From positions 158,472,001 through 158,536,000 of the forward strand of contig OX597815.1 of the NCBI GenBank assembly GCA_951406725.2: a DNA stretch of 64,000 bases, read 5' to 3'. The notes under the pieces were generated by a model. The model was given only the letters and a program-made list of their open reading frames with translations. It did no database searches and was not told where the DNA came from. A program made the position numbers and the translations under genes. Below, piece by piece: positions 27,400 to 39,670 of the stretch (the first letter of the stretch is position 1; the number at the start of each line of letters is the position of its first letter). Source of the DNA: Octopus vulgaris (lineage: Eukaryota).

Positions 27400-29426
27400 C
27401 CAACATACCGTAAGTTTGCTAGAAAAGTTTCCTCTTGGAAGATGATGCAAACTGGAACAATATTTTGGAAGAAGCTGCTGTGTCGCATTCTTTATATAAG
27501 ATGATAAAGCTTTTTGCTATCAGTTCCTGTACCCATTCCCCATCTAATTCTCAGCATCTTTGAAAAAACATGCCAGGACAGCATAACAGAAGACACTTCA
27601 TGGAGTACAAAACGTGTAGAAAATAAAACTGACGTGTAGAGTTTTACCTGTGACAAGTACAACCAATCTCTGATTACCATAGAAAGTAGTGTACAATCCA
27701 CGAATCGCAAGGATCATGAACAATGTGGGCTGCCAATTCCTGTACGAACTGCAGCTGCAATTCTCCGTTTAGAGATTCTTTAGGTAACCAGTTAGGACAT
27801 TGAACAAATAAAACAATATTTCCATCAAAATGAATCCAAATTTTCTTCCAGTTTAAAAAAGAATCTAATGCAAATATCAATCAATCGGTGAGATCTGACT
27901 TGGGACGAATACTTTTCTTCGATTATTCTGTTGAAATAGGCAAAACCCTTTTCTCTCAACCCAATTCTGGCAAAAAGTCTGTTCACACAAAGAGATTGCT
28001 ATTGCAGAGACATCATCTGGAATTGCTGCAAATTTACACATCGCAAGCCTGCTTATTCTGCTTTTAAGCTGGCGCTTAATCTTGCACACGATACTCAGGT
28101 CTGCAATATTGGTAAAAGATCTGAACACGAAGAATTTACAAAGCAACCCATGCTGAAAAATATGACAGACTGCATTTGATGCTCTCCCTGTATCCTAAAA
28201 GAACTCAGAGGTAACACTAAAACGTATAGATTTGAAGTCATTCTATGTGTTGATTTCAAACAAACACTGATTGTCATCGCAAAAGTTACACCTACTGATG
28301 CGATGAAAGCATGCCTCAAAGAAACTAATATTGTTAGAGACAAGGGAAGGCTTCATTTTTCGATTTTGTACTGATATGCTAGTTACACCTACTATTAACA
28401 GGGATGTCTCATCAGCCCAGTTTTCAAACGTTTAATTAAAACAATGTTCAGTCATCAGTTAAAACTGTGAGTGGAGTCATCAAAATACATCTTTAAAAAA
28501 TGTGGAACGATTATCAACGCACACCAAGAAATGCTACAAAAAAATCTATCCTTGTCTAGCGGAATTATAGAACCATTAATAGCTTTCTGAACATGCCATC
28601 TTTACTCCCCAAAAGGACACTGATAATATCAACATGCTGTCAACTATACAACAGTGTTTCTACCTTCTTTTAAACTTATTGTTGTTCTACCTTATTATCT
28701 ACAGCTGAAAGTAGGAATGGCTATTTTGTTAGTTCGAAATTTGGATGGACCAAAACCCTAGCGTTAAATATTTAGCTCTCATAACCGTTGCATGTGCCTT
28801 ATTATTGAAACTAGTTTTATATATAGTTATTCTAAGTGAGAAGATGCTGTCATTCCACAAATTTTCGCATCCCATCAACAAGCTGTTTCAGTTCAAGCAT
28901 CGTCAGTTTCCTGTGTCTTTTTCTTTGATCGTCAACATGTATCAAAGACAATCCCTGAGAATTGCTGCAATAAAACTTGACTAGACCATGTTTTTCCTCA
29001 TAATGTGCTCTGTGCTACAAGCTGTCATGATGGACCAAGTATACGAAGTATACATCATTTTACGAAGGCACTGAATCACCAAAGCAAGGAACCTTTACTC
29101 CTCCCAGAGCTCTTGCTGAATAAAACATTTATTATTAGAATTGTTCCTGTTTTATATATATATATAAGTTTAGAAATAACGTAAACCATACAGAGAATAT
29201 TATCTAATGTCACAAATTATCAACAAACACAGTAAGAAAGCCTCATACATTATAGAAACCGGAAAATAATTCTTTAGACATGTCACTGAATTACAAGAAA
29301 ATATATACAAATGTAATTGCATAGAAAAAGAAAATCATTGCATAAAAACATACTAACAATGATTTAAGTTTCAGGAAAACGTTTCTATATATTCGACATC
29401 CGGGTAAAGCCGGGCATCCCTGCTAG
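27400..29426 (+). mobile_element. Degenerate Helitron (RepHel helicase relic with 3' terminus)
   Basis: Broken motifs DDANWNNILEEAA, SSGIAA, DFKQTL...MKACLK, LKVGMAILLVRNLD and FQFKHRQFPV; 3' hairpin CCGGGTAAAGCCGGG followed by CTAG|T at 29423-29427. The 5' limit is uncertain. Confidence 0.85.
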
Positions 29427-30214
29427 TTTAATATACACTATCAATAGTTTCTCGCCAATATTTCAAGTTCACTCTCTGGTTCATCAAAAAGTAAGCCTTG
29501 AATGACTCATATAAGTGGTATAGGAAGAGCATGTTAAATTACAGACTACTCAAAATTCTTTACACAGAACAGTAAAATGCATTGTTTCCTTACAAATTAC
29601 TGTCACAATAAAACTTCTCTGCACATACGCGACGAATAATTCAATGGATCGATAAATATAATGATATTTATATGATACCTCATATCAGCTCTACATTCTA
29701 TTCCTAAAAATTTATGATTGTAAATAAGCGTGTATATTGAACGTTCCGTTTTTTTTCTTTGCAAATGTATATAAATGATAATTTAACTACTATTCCTTCA
29801 GCAATAGCAGGGAGGTAACATATGCCGATGGCATTCATCTGTATCAAAAGGAAATTACCATGAATTCTAAAGCAGAAGAAATTGGTATCTTTTAGTCATT
29901 TTATGGTAAATATCTACGCGATAATGACATAACAGAATGCAATTTGCTCCTGTTTAAGCGGGTAATTCAAGTAAAACACTATTTTTGATACGTGCCAATA
30001 GCATATATCTAGTACAGCCGATACTTATGAATACATAAATATAAAACAGTATGAACATTCATGCACAGGGAGTCTCAAATTTCAAAGATGAATGACTTTG
30101 AAAATGTTTCACTTTACTCAATTGTCAGAATATGAAATAAGACACTCTATATTGACGCCTTTTACACAATCGCACACAATCTTGAGCAACCATCTACGCA
30201 GTGTATCCGTTTTA

Positions 30215-30298
<84 letters not shown>

Positions 30299-30405
30299 GC
30301 AGGCGTGGCTGTGTGGTAAGAAGCTTGCTTCCAACCACATGGTTCTATGTTCACTCCCACTTGGGCAAGTGTCTTCTGCTATCGCCTCGGATCGACCAAA
30401 GCCTT
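30299..30405 (+). mobile_element. tRNA-SINE family A, 5' fragment
   Basis: Head and CORE-like segment, truncated at CAAAGCCTT. Confidence 0.8.
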
Positions 30406-30434
30406 AGATGTTTACTTAACCGCAAACTCATACA

Positions 30435-30514
<80 letters not shown>

Positions 30515-30620
30515 TGTCACAATAAAGTAAGCACTTGGTTATAAATACGTAGGCATACATCCAGTAGTATATCGGATATTTAATATCCCTTAGATGGTTA
30601 CTTAACCTCAAACTCATACA

Positions 30621-30665
<45 letters not shown>

Positions 30666-30693
30666 AACTCATACAGACATATATATATATATA

Positions 30694-31330
30694 CTAGCAG
30701 TATCGCCCGGCGTTGCTCGAGTTTGTAAGGGAAATAACTATATAAGCATTTTTAGAGAGTTATAGCCCAAAAATAGCAAAAAATGCATTAAAAATGGAAC
30801 AAATATGATGGTAAATTTTTTGAAAAATCGTTGACTCATCGTAGACATTTTTAGAGAGTTACTTCCCTTATATAATAGCGAAAAAATGCATTAAAATGGG
30901 AAAAAAACGATGGTAATTTTTTTTTTAAATCGTAGACTCATGTAGACGCTTTCTTAGCCATTTCTGTTTTGGTGTCTTCAAGCCATGAAGTCGTTGTTCT
31001 AAAAGAACGCTGGTCTCCTTGACAACGCATTACGACGTTGATTTCCTTGCACTCCCTTCCCCACAGGTGCAGGTGTGAGCGTGGATGCCAACTCCGCCGC
31101 CATCGACACACGAAAAATTATGCATTAAAATGGAATAAAAAATGATGTTAAATTATTTTTAAAATCGTAGACTCATCGTAGACGCGCGCTAATACTCAGA
31201 CGGGCTTGATATGAATCACGACTATAAGCTACCCGAATTTGGTTAAACTGCACCGCAAAATGTGGGAGTAGTTAGGAATCTAAATCGAAGGGGACAGACA
31301 CTCACACAACTACAGTTTTATATATATAGA
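30694..31330 (-). mobile_element. Non-autonomous Helitron
   Basis: Minus strand 5' TCTATATATATAAAA; 3' CTCGAGCAACGCCGGGCGATACTG-CTAG|T; three internal ATGCATTAAAATGG...ATCGT.GACTCAT repeats. Confidence 0.85.
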
Positions 31331-31404
31331 TATACATAGCGCAGTAGTGGTGAGATGTGACAGCAAAGAAAAGCATACATTCACTCTCTGCATGCAATTA
31401 GACT

Positions 31405-31620
31405 CGGAAAGTTCGTGAGGAACCCTTTGACCCAATTTGCTGACTTTTCCGATAGCACACAGGTCTCAATGAATGGTTGAATGACCAAATCCAAGCTTCT
31501 CTGCTAGTTCCTCAACAGTTACGATGAGATTTTGTTCCACCAGGGTTTTCAGGATGTCCTTGTCGAGTTCTACAGATCTTTCAGGATGAGGCTCGTCTTC
31601 TAGGCTGTTCCAATATAGCT
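31405..31620 (-). pseudogene. Mariner transposase N-terminal relic
   Basis: Minus translation SLEDEPHPERSVELDKDILKTLVEQNLIVTVEELAEKLGFGHSTIH*DLCAIGKVSKLGQRVPHEL (HTH plus WVPHEL-like motif). Confidence 0.8.
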
Positions 31621-31801
31621 TTGAAAAAAATAGCTGTTAAAATCGAAATGCACTCTTCAAAACTTGCACTGTGAATAAGGACAAGATAAAATTACTACCT
31701 GCTTTTATAGCAAGTTAATATAAGTAGTTTATCCCATTCCCCTCTGACTTTTAGTTCAAGCTGTTGAAAAAACCGCATTATTATATATATATATACATAC
31801 A

Positions 31802-31833
<32 letters not shown>

Positions 31834-32139
31834 CACACACACTCTCTCACATTTATATTCTGTTATTCTTTTATATGTTTCAGCCTTGAGGTTGTGGCCA
31901 TGCTGGATCATGTGTGTGTGTGTGTCTATCTGTCTGTCTGTCTGTATGTATATATGTATATGTATGTGTGTGAACAATAATATTTTCAACAGATGTGTTG
32001 CAAATGTATCTGATTGTTCTCAAGCTTCAATACTGTGTGTGTGTGTGTATGTGTGTGTGTGTATGTATGTATGTATATGTATGTATGTATATGTATGTAT
32101 GTATGTATGTGTGTATGTATGTGTGTGTGTATGTATGTA

Positions 32140-32170
<31 letters not shown>

Positions 32171-32209
32171 ATGTATGTATGTATGTATGAGTGTATGTTT
32201 ACTTTATTA

Positions 32210-32644
32210 CTAACACAAGCCAGTACGGTTATTTAATGTAAAGTCTTCCTCAAATCACTATCTCTGGCTATTTACTCTCTTCCAAGAACATTTTCACTCA
32301 CACTTATGTGTTAGCTTCCCATACATTTTACTCGTGTATCTATCAGCGTGATAGAGAGAAACAAATATTACATCTAGTTTCACTTTATTCGTTGCCCACT
32401 GTGTGTGTGCGTTTGCGTGTGGTGTAAACCAGACTAAGAAAAGCATTTGACACACACACCAGAATGTGAGTTTTCTGTAAATTTTGCTTAATTGGAGTTT
32501 AAATTTTAAAAACTGGACCTGGCATGACGCGATGCATTGTACTCTCAAAAATGGTAGGTAAATTGTAATTGAAGAAATCCTATATTGTAGATTTGTATAA
32601 CTCCCAAAGGGAGGCAGATAAAATCTGCCTTTTATAATAAGAGA
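32210..32644 (-). mobile_element. Probable non-autonomous Helitron
   Basis: Minus 5' end TCTCTTATTATAAAAGGCAG resembles the head at 32959; the 3' end is degenerate (TTAG). Confidence 0.45.
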
Positions 32645-33712
32645 TATGTCTGTATGAGTTTGAGGTTAAGTAACCATCTAAGGGATATTAAATATCCGAT
32701 ATACTACTGGATGTATACCTACGTATTTATAACCAAGTGCTTACTGTTGCAGGCCAATATCACAATTGAATACGGTATGGGTGGGGATAAATTAGAAATT
32801 TACCCAGGATTTATAAGGCGAATGAGAAAATGGAGAGGATAGACAATTGACAAACATCAGCCTGTAAACATTCAATAATATCTATTAATTGATTACAATC
32901 ATATGTGTAAAGTGATCCAAGTAAGCGAATGGAATAAGCCAATAAATACGTAAATAAATCTCTCTCTATATATAAACGGCAGTTTGTCTGTCTGTGTGTC
33001 TGTGTGTCTGTCAGGTTGTACCCTCACCCTGACCACGGCTTTCAACCGATTCTGATGAAACTTAACACACACATAGCCCAATGTCATAATTCAAAACTAA
33101 CGCAGCGAAAATTTTGAAAAGTTCCCCCAGTTCTGAAAAAATCGATAAATTCGACATGGGGTCGAGAATCTAAGCTTTTTATATGCAACACATTTTCTGG
33201 GCTGTACGTGGGCTGTTCACGCGTTGGGAGGCGCAATGATGTTTTCATGTTTTCGCCCAAAGGGACAGCTAGGAACATCGTGTACACAGAAGTATTCGAG
33301 TGAAGAGAAGACATTGCAACCTACACATGCGCCTTCGTTCCCTAGAGGGAAAGGACTAGATTGGGATTAGTCGTTGCCTACTAGGGTCTCTTACATACCC
33401 GGGCAACGCCGGGCTATGCTGCTAGTATATAGATAAAAATAAACAAATAAGAATAGATGAGTGTACAAATAGTAAATTCTTACAGCTGCTTCTACCATGG
33501 GACTGTCAAATCTTCCAAGTTATCCTCATCACGCCAGTGATATACAGAGATGAACAAACATTGAACAGGGGTTGGACAATGGTTGAGCCCCAAGGCTTCA
33601 TCAGAGAGACCAAATGTTCGGAAACTATTTCTATTCTTATTATATTTTTTATTTCATTTTATTCTATTATTTTAACTTACTTTCCCACATGTTAGTTTCC
33701 TAACATTTGGTC
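32644..33712 (-). mobile_element. Putative Penelope-like pLTR relic interrupted by a Helitron
   Basis: 20-bp inverted repeat at one end (33608-33627 / 33693-33712), hammerhead-like motif 33478-33607, and terminal 102 bp duplicated in inverted orientation at 30526-30627. Confidence 0.45.
32959..33425 (+). mobile_element. Mini-Helitron (467 bp) retaining the last helicase codons
   Basis: A|TC 5' end; 33202-33303 encodes LYVGCSRVGRRNDVFMFSPKGTARNIVYTEVFE*; 3' CCCGGGCAACGCCGGG hairpin followed by CTAG|T. Confidence 0.9.
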
Positions 33713-34535
33713 TTACTGAAACACATATGGCCTTCCATTGCATACACTGTCTATCCAGAGCTTAACAATTATTTACAGGACCTCAATGTAGGCGGCAGAA
33801 TTAACTCTAAGGCCTTGTGGAATGAAGTAAGGCAGCATCACATGTTCTTCATTGCTGACAAGCCCATAAAACCATGACAGTTACAGGAAAGTTTGCATGC
33901 ATAACACTTGGAACTTCAGAAGTGTCTGCACATAACCATCTCGCATTTCTCCTCTTAACTTTTTGATCTTGGTCGACGTTTTTCTCGTTTGAGAAAAACC
34001 AAATCAAATCTTCTGCAGGATTTTTTAGTTTGTTTAAGGAACCTTTTAGATCTGATGTAGTTATTTTATTTTGCTTTTTCTGACAAATTGACCTTTCCTC
34101 ATAATATAAGACTTATATCTGATGTCTTCGTGGACAACATTTCTGACTGTTTCTTTTGACACATGGAGATCTTTTGCAATTGACCGCATGGGATTTCTGG
34201 TATTGTAATCAATGGTCTGTTGAACTTGCCTGATAAATTCAGGTGTTCTGATGATTTCAGAGCGTTTAGAATGCTTTTTATGCTTTAATATTGGTGATAC
34301 GCTTCCATCTTCAGTCTCTCACTCTAGCGAAAGATCTGGAAACTTTAAAAAATCGAGATATTTCGAAATCACTATGCTCAGCCTTTATAATCACAACATC
34401 GTGCCTCTTCATTTCTTGAGAAAGCTGAGGGTCTGCCATTATTATTTTGTGAATCAAAGATTATACAAAGTTAGCAAAAAAGGCAGCAATAACCCCAAAA
34501 AGGTATGTCCTCAAATACCTTACGCACCCTATGTG
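33710..34535 (-). mobile_element. Tc1/mariner superfamily (maT/DD37D-like) transposase relic, 3'-truncated
   Basis: Minus translation from ATG 34439, with frameshifts: MADPQLSQEMKRH..., RTPEFIRQVQ..MRSIAKDLHVSKETVRNVVHEDIRYKSY, IWFFSNEKN.DQDQKV..RWLC, GLRVNSAAYIEVL, GRPYVFQ*D. Confidence 0.8.
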
Positions 34536-35543
34536 TATGCGAGTGTATATATATATATATATACACACATATACATATGGATCTGCATACATATATACAT
34601 GTCCGTGTTTGTGTGTGTGTACATGTGTATGTATAAGACGAGTCACCCCCCCCCCCTTCAGTCCCTTATATATCGCGTATGTCTGTGTGTAGCTCATGAG
34701 AAGCCTGAAGTTGAAGTAGGGCAGCCTAGAAGTGAAAATATTTAGGTAGGGATTCCATTGGTGAATTCAAACCATACTTTGAAATTGAGAGTGCAGCAAA
34801 AGCACCATTTCTCATTTATTTTTCAAGTAGCTTAATGCGAGATTCTAGCGATGCCAGTTGTTATGACACCAACAAAATTCGACCAGTTTACGACATCAGA
34901 TGAAAGTGCACTTGCTACTTCCGATGCACACGAAGAGGTTAACAATATTGTAATATCAGGCTGGTTATAAGTGTTTTAAGCAACATCATCTGATAGAAGC
35001 ATATGCCAACTGCCAAAGTTTACTTGACTGTATGTCGTGAGAAACATTGTTTCTTGGTGTTTGTTCTATAAACAAGTAGTAGTTGTCTTCCCTGCAAATA
35101 CGTATAGGCTATATAAAATTAAAACGGTATTTTAAGAAATAGTTTTGAATGTTCATTAACCTGGTGGCAAAAATACGATAAATAGGTTTTTCCATTTTTA
35201 TATACAACAGTCTGTTCCAGCATATAGTGTTTCATAGATGCTATTAGAAATTACGTATTCCGGATGAATAAAGAGGAGTTGTGTCAACCATACTCCATGT
35301 GCTGTTGGGAAAGTAGTTTTATTAATCCCGCAGTTTGCAGATGATATGGGGTGAGGAAGTGAGATAGTTGGTGTGATTTCAACTGTTAGAGACTCGGAGT
35401 TTGAGTGAGGTTTGTGAGCGTCCGTGATTTTCTGTTGCAGCATTGAAAATTGAAAGCTATTTTACGGAGACATGATATATAACCTTGACAGTATTGTTAT
35501 TAAAATGTCTGTAGTACTTATGGGTATCTCTACATGATATATA

Positions 35544-36794
35544 CGAGAGTAGGCTGAAAATGTCATAGGCTGACCAAGATACTCTCATAGAATGTGACCT
35601 AATGAAGTTTATTTATCAACATAGTGCCTCTTGTGGTCCACACACTTCTTCCATCAGTGTTGCAGTACTTGGATGCCATGGGTGAAGAAGCTTTGATCGT
35701 GTTGGACAAAAAATCATCAACAGCAGATATGACGTCACCATCACTGCGATACTGGTTCCCAGTCAGGTGTTTCTTCATGTTGAGAAACAGATGATAGTCA
35801 AGTAGGGCCAAATCAAGAGAATAAGTAGGGATCAAGCAGTTCGAACCCAGTAGCCATTGAAACCCCAGACTTGTGTGCTGATGAAACAAGACTCCTTTCA
35901 TCAATTTTCCTAGTCATTTAGTCTTGATAGCCTTTTGTAACTGCCTCAGCTTACTGGCACAGTACTTTCCATTAATGCTGTGGAACTTTTGAATAATAAA
36001 CACAATGCCATTTGCCACCCCAAAAACTGAGCCATCAACTTCCCTGCTGATGAAACGCACTTGGCCTACTTTGGAGTTAGTGAGGAAGGCTGTTTATACT
36101 GCATGGATTGTTTCTTTGTCTCTGGTTCAAAGTAATCAAGCCAACACTCATCCTGGGCTAGGAAATAACCAAGGAAACCAGTTGGACCTACCTCAAACTA
36201 TGGCAGATTCTCCGTGGTGTGATCAACAACTTGGTGCGCTTTTGATCAGGTTTAGAAGACATGGCACCTACCGAGCAGACGCCTTCGTCATGCAAAGTGC
36301 AAAATATTCTCAAATCTCTCACAGGATATGCTAATAGCATTGGCTATTTGATTTATTCAGTTGCCTGCCATCCATCACTATATGGTAAATAATGTTTTCT
36401 TCGATGGTAGCATTGCAGGACGTCCAGACCTTGGGTCATCTTCAAGACTCTCCGTTCCACTACAAAATCCAGCTGCCGACTTTTGCACTGTTGATAAAGC
36501 TGGAGTGTCACCCCACCTAATGTGATAATTATTTTAGCGTGTATATCCTCGGGGGCTAAAACCTTCTCCGCAGGTACTAAATAAATAACGATGCGAAATT
36601 TTGTTCACTTTCAAGAGAAGTCGCTACTAGTTACTTTTGGAGTATTCTTTAAACTGTCAGATGTCAGTTTATTCAGGAAAAAAAAAACGCAATGAAGTTA
36701 TTAATAACAAGAGATGAAATTGATGGATGCAAAATTTCACAGTGTTAGCATCACTCCTTAATAGTCAGCCTACGAACTTTTCAGCCCACTCTCG
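35544..36794 (-). mobile_element. Full-length degenerate mariner (DD34D)
   Basis: ~30-bp TIRs CGAGAGT(A/G)GGCTGAAAA...C(A/G)TAGGCTGAC at both ends, 1.25 kb long, TA at left; ORF 35599-35904 carries YSLDLALLDYHLF (YSPDLAPSD motif). Confidence 0.9.
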
Positions 36795-36855
36795 TGTGTG
36801 TATGTATGTAAGTATATATATATATATATATATGCCGCGCACGCGCGCGTGTGTG

Positions 36856-37068
36856 TAGTTCAAATTTACAAAAAACAAAAGATAAAGACAGGTGTAGGAA
36901 CAACAAGCAGGTATATTAGTTTAACGCTCGGGTAAAATGGAAAGGTCTTTTACGTTTCAAATCTACGCTCTCCGATAGCAAGCAATAAAAGGGGAAAATG
37001 AAGAGAGAACGAAAAAAAAAAAACGGAGAGAGAAAAACTGTGTAGTGTTCAGCGGTCCAACATGGCGG
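36856..37068 (-). mobile_element. Second, decayed copy of the 19636 short element
   Basis: Shares GACAGGTG..ACAACAA..TATTAGT.TAACGCTCGGG...ACGTTTC...CTACGCTCT and the terminal GTAGTG...AGCG...CATGGCG. Confidence 0.65.
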
Positions 37069-37217
37069 TATGACTACATAAATATAAAATTCTGTTTTGG
37101 AACGATGGATCTTGAAGCAGACAAAGCTATAAACAATAGCGTGTAAATATTAAGTTCAATACCCTTGTATTGAATATGTTGAAGTCTTACAAATTTTGCA
37201 TGCAAGTAATTCAGTAG

Positions 37218-38107
37218 TATTTTTACTAGTTATAGATTGCATTATGAAGGAAACTACGATTGAAAGCCAAACAGGCATTGAATGGACGGATGCAGAAGCT
37301 CTAGAAGATCTCGACTTTGCAGATGATATAGCGCTACTTTCACAAACATATAGCCAAATGCAAAATAAAACGTCAAAATTAGAAGCAATTGCTGCCAAAC
37401 TGGGATTGAAAGTCAACCGCGACAAATCAAAAATTATGTGCGTTAATGAAGAAAACAGCGAACGTATTAAACTAGAAACTGGTGAACTAGAGGATGTAGC
37501 CGAGTGTACGTATTTAGGTAGTAAGATAACGTTTTCAGGCGGCACCGACGAAGATATTGAGACGAGAATAAGTAAGGCAAGGACCGCTTTTCACCTGTTA
37601 AAAAAAAGTATGGAGTGCAAGTGTAATTTCAATAAAGAACAAAATAAGAATTTTTAACGCTAACGTAAAAGCGGTGTTATTGTTTGGGGCTGAGACATGG
37701 CGAACAACAGTTAAATTAAATAAGCAAATACAATCATTCATCAACAGATGCTTGCGTAGTATACTTAAAATTAGATGTCTCGAATACATAAGCAATATGG
37801 AGCTATGGCAAAGAACAAATCAAGTTTCGATTAGGGAGCAAATATTTAAGAAAATGTGGAAGTGGATTGGTAGCACAATTAGAAAAGACACACCAAATGT
37901 AGCGAAAAGTGCCTTACAGTGGAATCCGGATGGATACAGAAAGAAAGGTAGGCCTAAGAACTCGTGGCGGAGATCAACACAAAAGGAACTAGAGAAAGGG
38001 GGACATTCATGGCAGAGTATAAGTACTGAAGTGAAAAATTATGCGACATGGAATTCATTTATAAGTGGCCTATACCCCGTGCTGGAGGGTTAAAGACAAA
38101 AAAAAAA
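37218..38107 (+). mobile_element. 5'-truncated RTE-clade LINE with frameshift
   Basis: LEDLDFADDIALLS, YLGSKI, LLFGAETW, WKWIG and ALQWNPDGYRKKGRPKNSWRR; frameshift in the A-run near 37600; A-tail; probable TSD TCAGTAG (37211-37217 and 38108-38114). Confidence 0.92.
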
Positions 38108-38779
38108 TCAGTAGATGGTTCAATAAAATAATAGACAAATTTTGAATGTTGTATAAAATTTAGATCTTACTGGTAAACATACTTATATTCAAAATATTGT
38201 ACTGATTTTATTTAATTAACCCCAATTAATTATTTTTTTAATTTTGAAAATCCGGAACTAATATTTTTCATTATCAATAAGTTTAAGATTTTTTAATTAA
38301 GAATATATAATTACTTTAATAAAATCAGAAAAGGTCACTTAACGTATCACATTCCCCCTGAAAAGCTAGCTTTAGATTTTCTTGTATATGTTGAAGTGTT
38401 TCATCTGTTGAAGATAATTGCTGAATTGTTGATTCCTATTGAAGCAGAGTCAAATGTTCACCGCTCTCCTCTTGTCTAGAGAAAAAAATGTCTTTTCTTT
38501 AATGGTATATCAATTTTGGAGAAGTCTTGATTTTTGAGTTGATGCCTGTTGCAAGCTCTTGCTCTACTCTCTCGGGAAACGGAGATAATTTCAAAAAAAT
38601 AAAATAAAATAAAAAGAATTTATCTTACATGCTATTTGATATACTTCATCATTGTGTATATATATATAAGAATGAATGTTTTTATATATAATGAACGTGA
38701 AATACAGGAAGGGACGAACACGGAACACAGACAAATCATTCGAAGCCTTCAATCTTCAGTCAGACACCGAATCATCATA

Positions 38780-38873
<94 letters not shown>

Positions 38874-39269
38874 CGCTCATATGTGTGTGCGCGCGTGCGT
38901 GTGTGTGTGAGTGTGTATGTATGTATCTGTATATAAGTAAACATGCACATATTACAACCATGTAATAGTGTACTTATGCGTGTGTGTGTGTGTGTGTGTG
39001 TGTGTGAGTGAATGTTTGTATAAAGGTAATTATATGAGACTAGATACCTTGTCTATGTAATCGTATTTTTTTCCTTTCATAATATGAAAACAAATGTAGT
39101 GAGCACCAAGAAACCAGGACAAAAGTTAGATCTACACATACTATAGCCATAAGTGGCTTGTCTTTATGACCTTAGCATCTAGCATTTATTTACCTTCCGA
39201 GTCGATATAAATGTAAGTCTATTTTACGGGTAGTCTAAAATGCCCGTTGTGAGAAATAACTGAGCTTAT

Positions 39270-39670
39270 TTTAGTTTCTCCCACTCCTCGTGGAACATCC
39301 TAGTGTTGAGACATCCCCTCCCGGTATGGCTCCAATCCCTTTCACAAGCCTATTGCCTCGTTACACCAGGTCAAGCCAGGCCTGACCTATCTGTAGTAGA
39401 TCCTCATCAACAGTCCTCAACCAGATTTTGACAGGTCTATCTTGCTTCCTATGAGTTTCTTCTCTGGCTTCCACACGAAAAAAGGCTCTCACTTTTCCCT
39501 TCGTTGTCATGTATAGCATACAGCGACCATCTTCTGCAGAGAAGTAATAGTGTTGTAGAAATCATAGAGGATTTATTCGCTGATGCCACCATGTTCAAAT
39601 ATTTCCTCGGCAATATCGAACGTGAACCTAACTTCTAAACCATTGCTCTGCAGCGCCTTCGAGTTCATTA
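39270..39670 (-). mobile_element. Highly decayed RTE-like LINE 3' relic
   Basis: Minus translation WKPEKKL..RKQDRPVKIWLRTVDEDL resembles the RTE C-terminal GRPxxxW motif. Confidence 0.45.

Noticed and set aside
35198-35443. 81-aa minus ORF as an exon
   Set aside because: No homology recognised.
38320-38600. Coding-like minus-strand segment
   Set aside because: Contains stops and matches no family I recognise.
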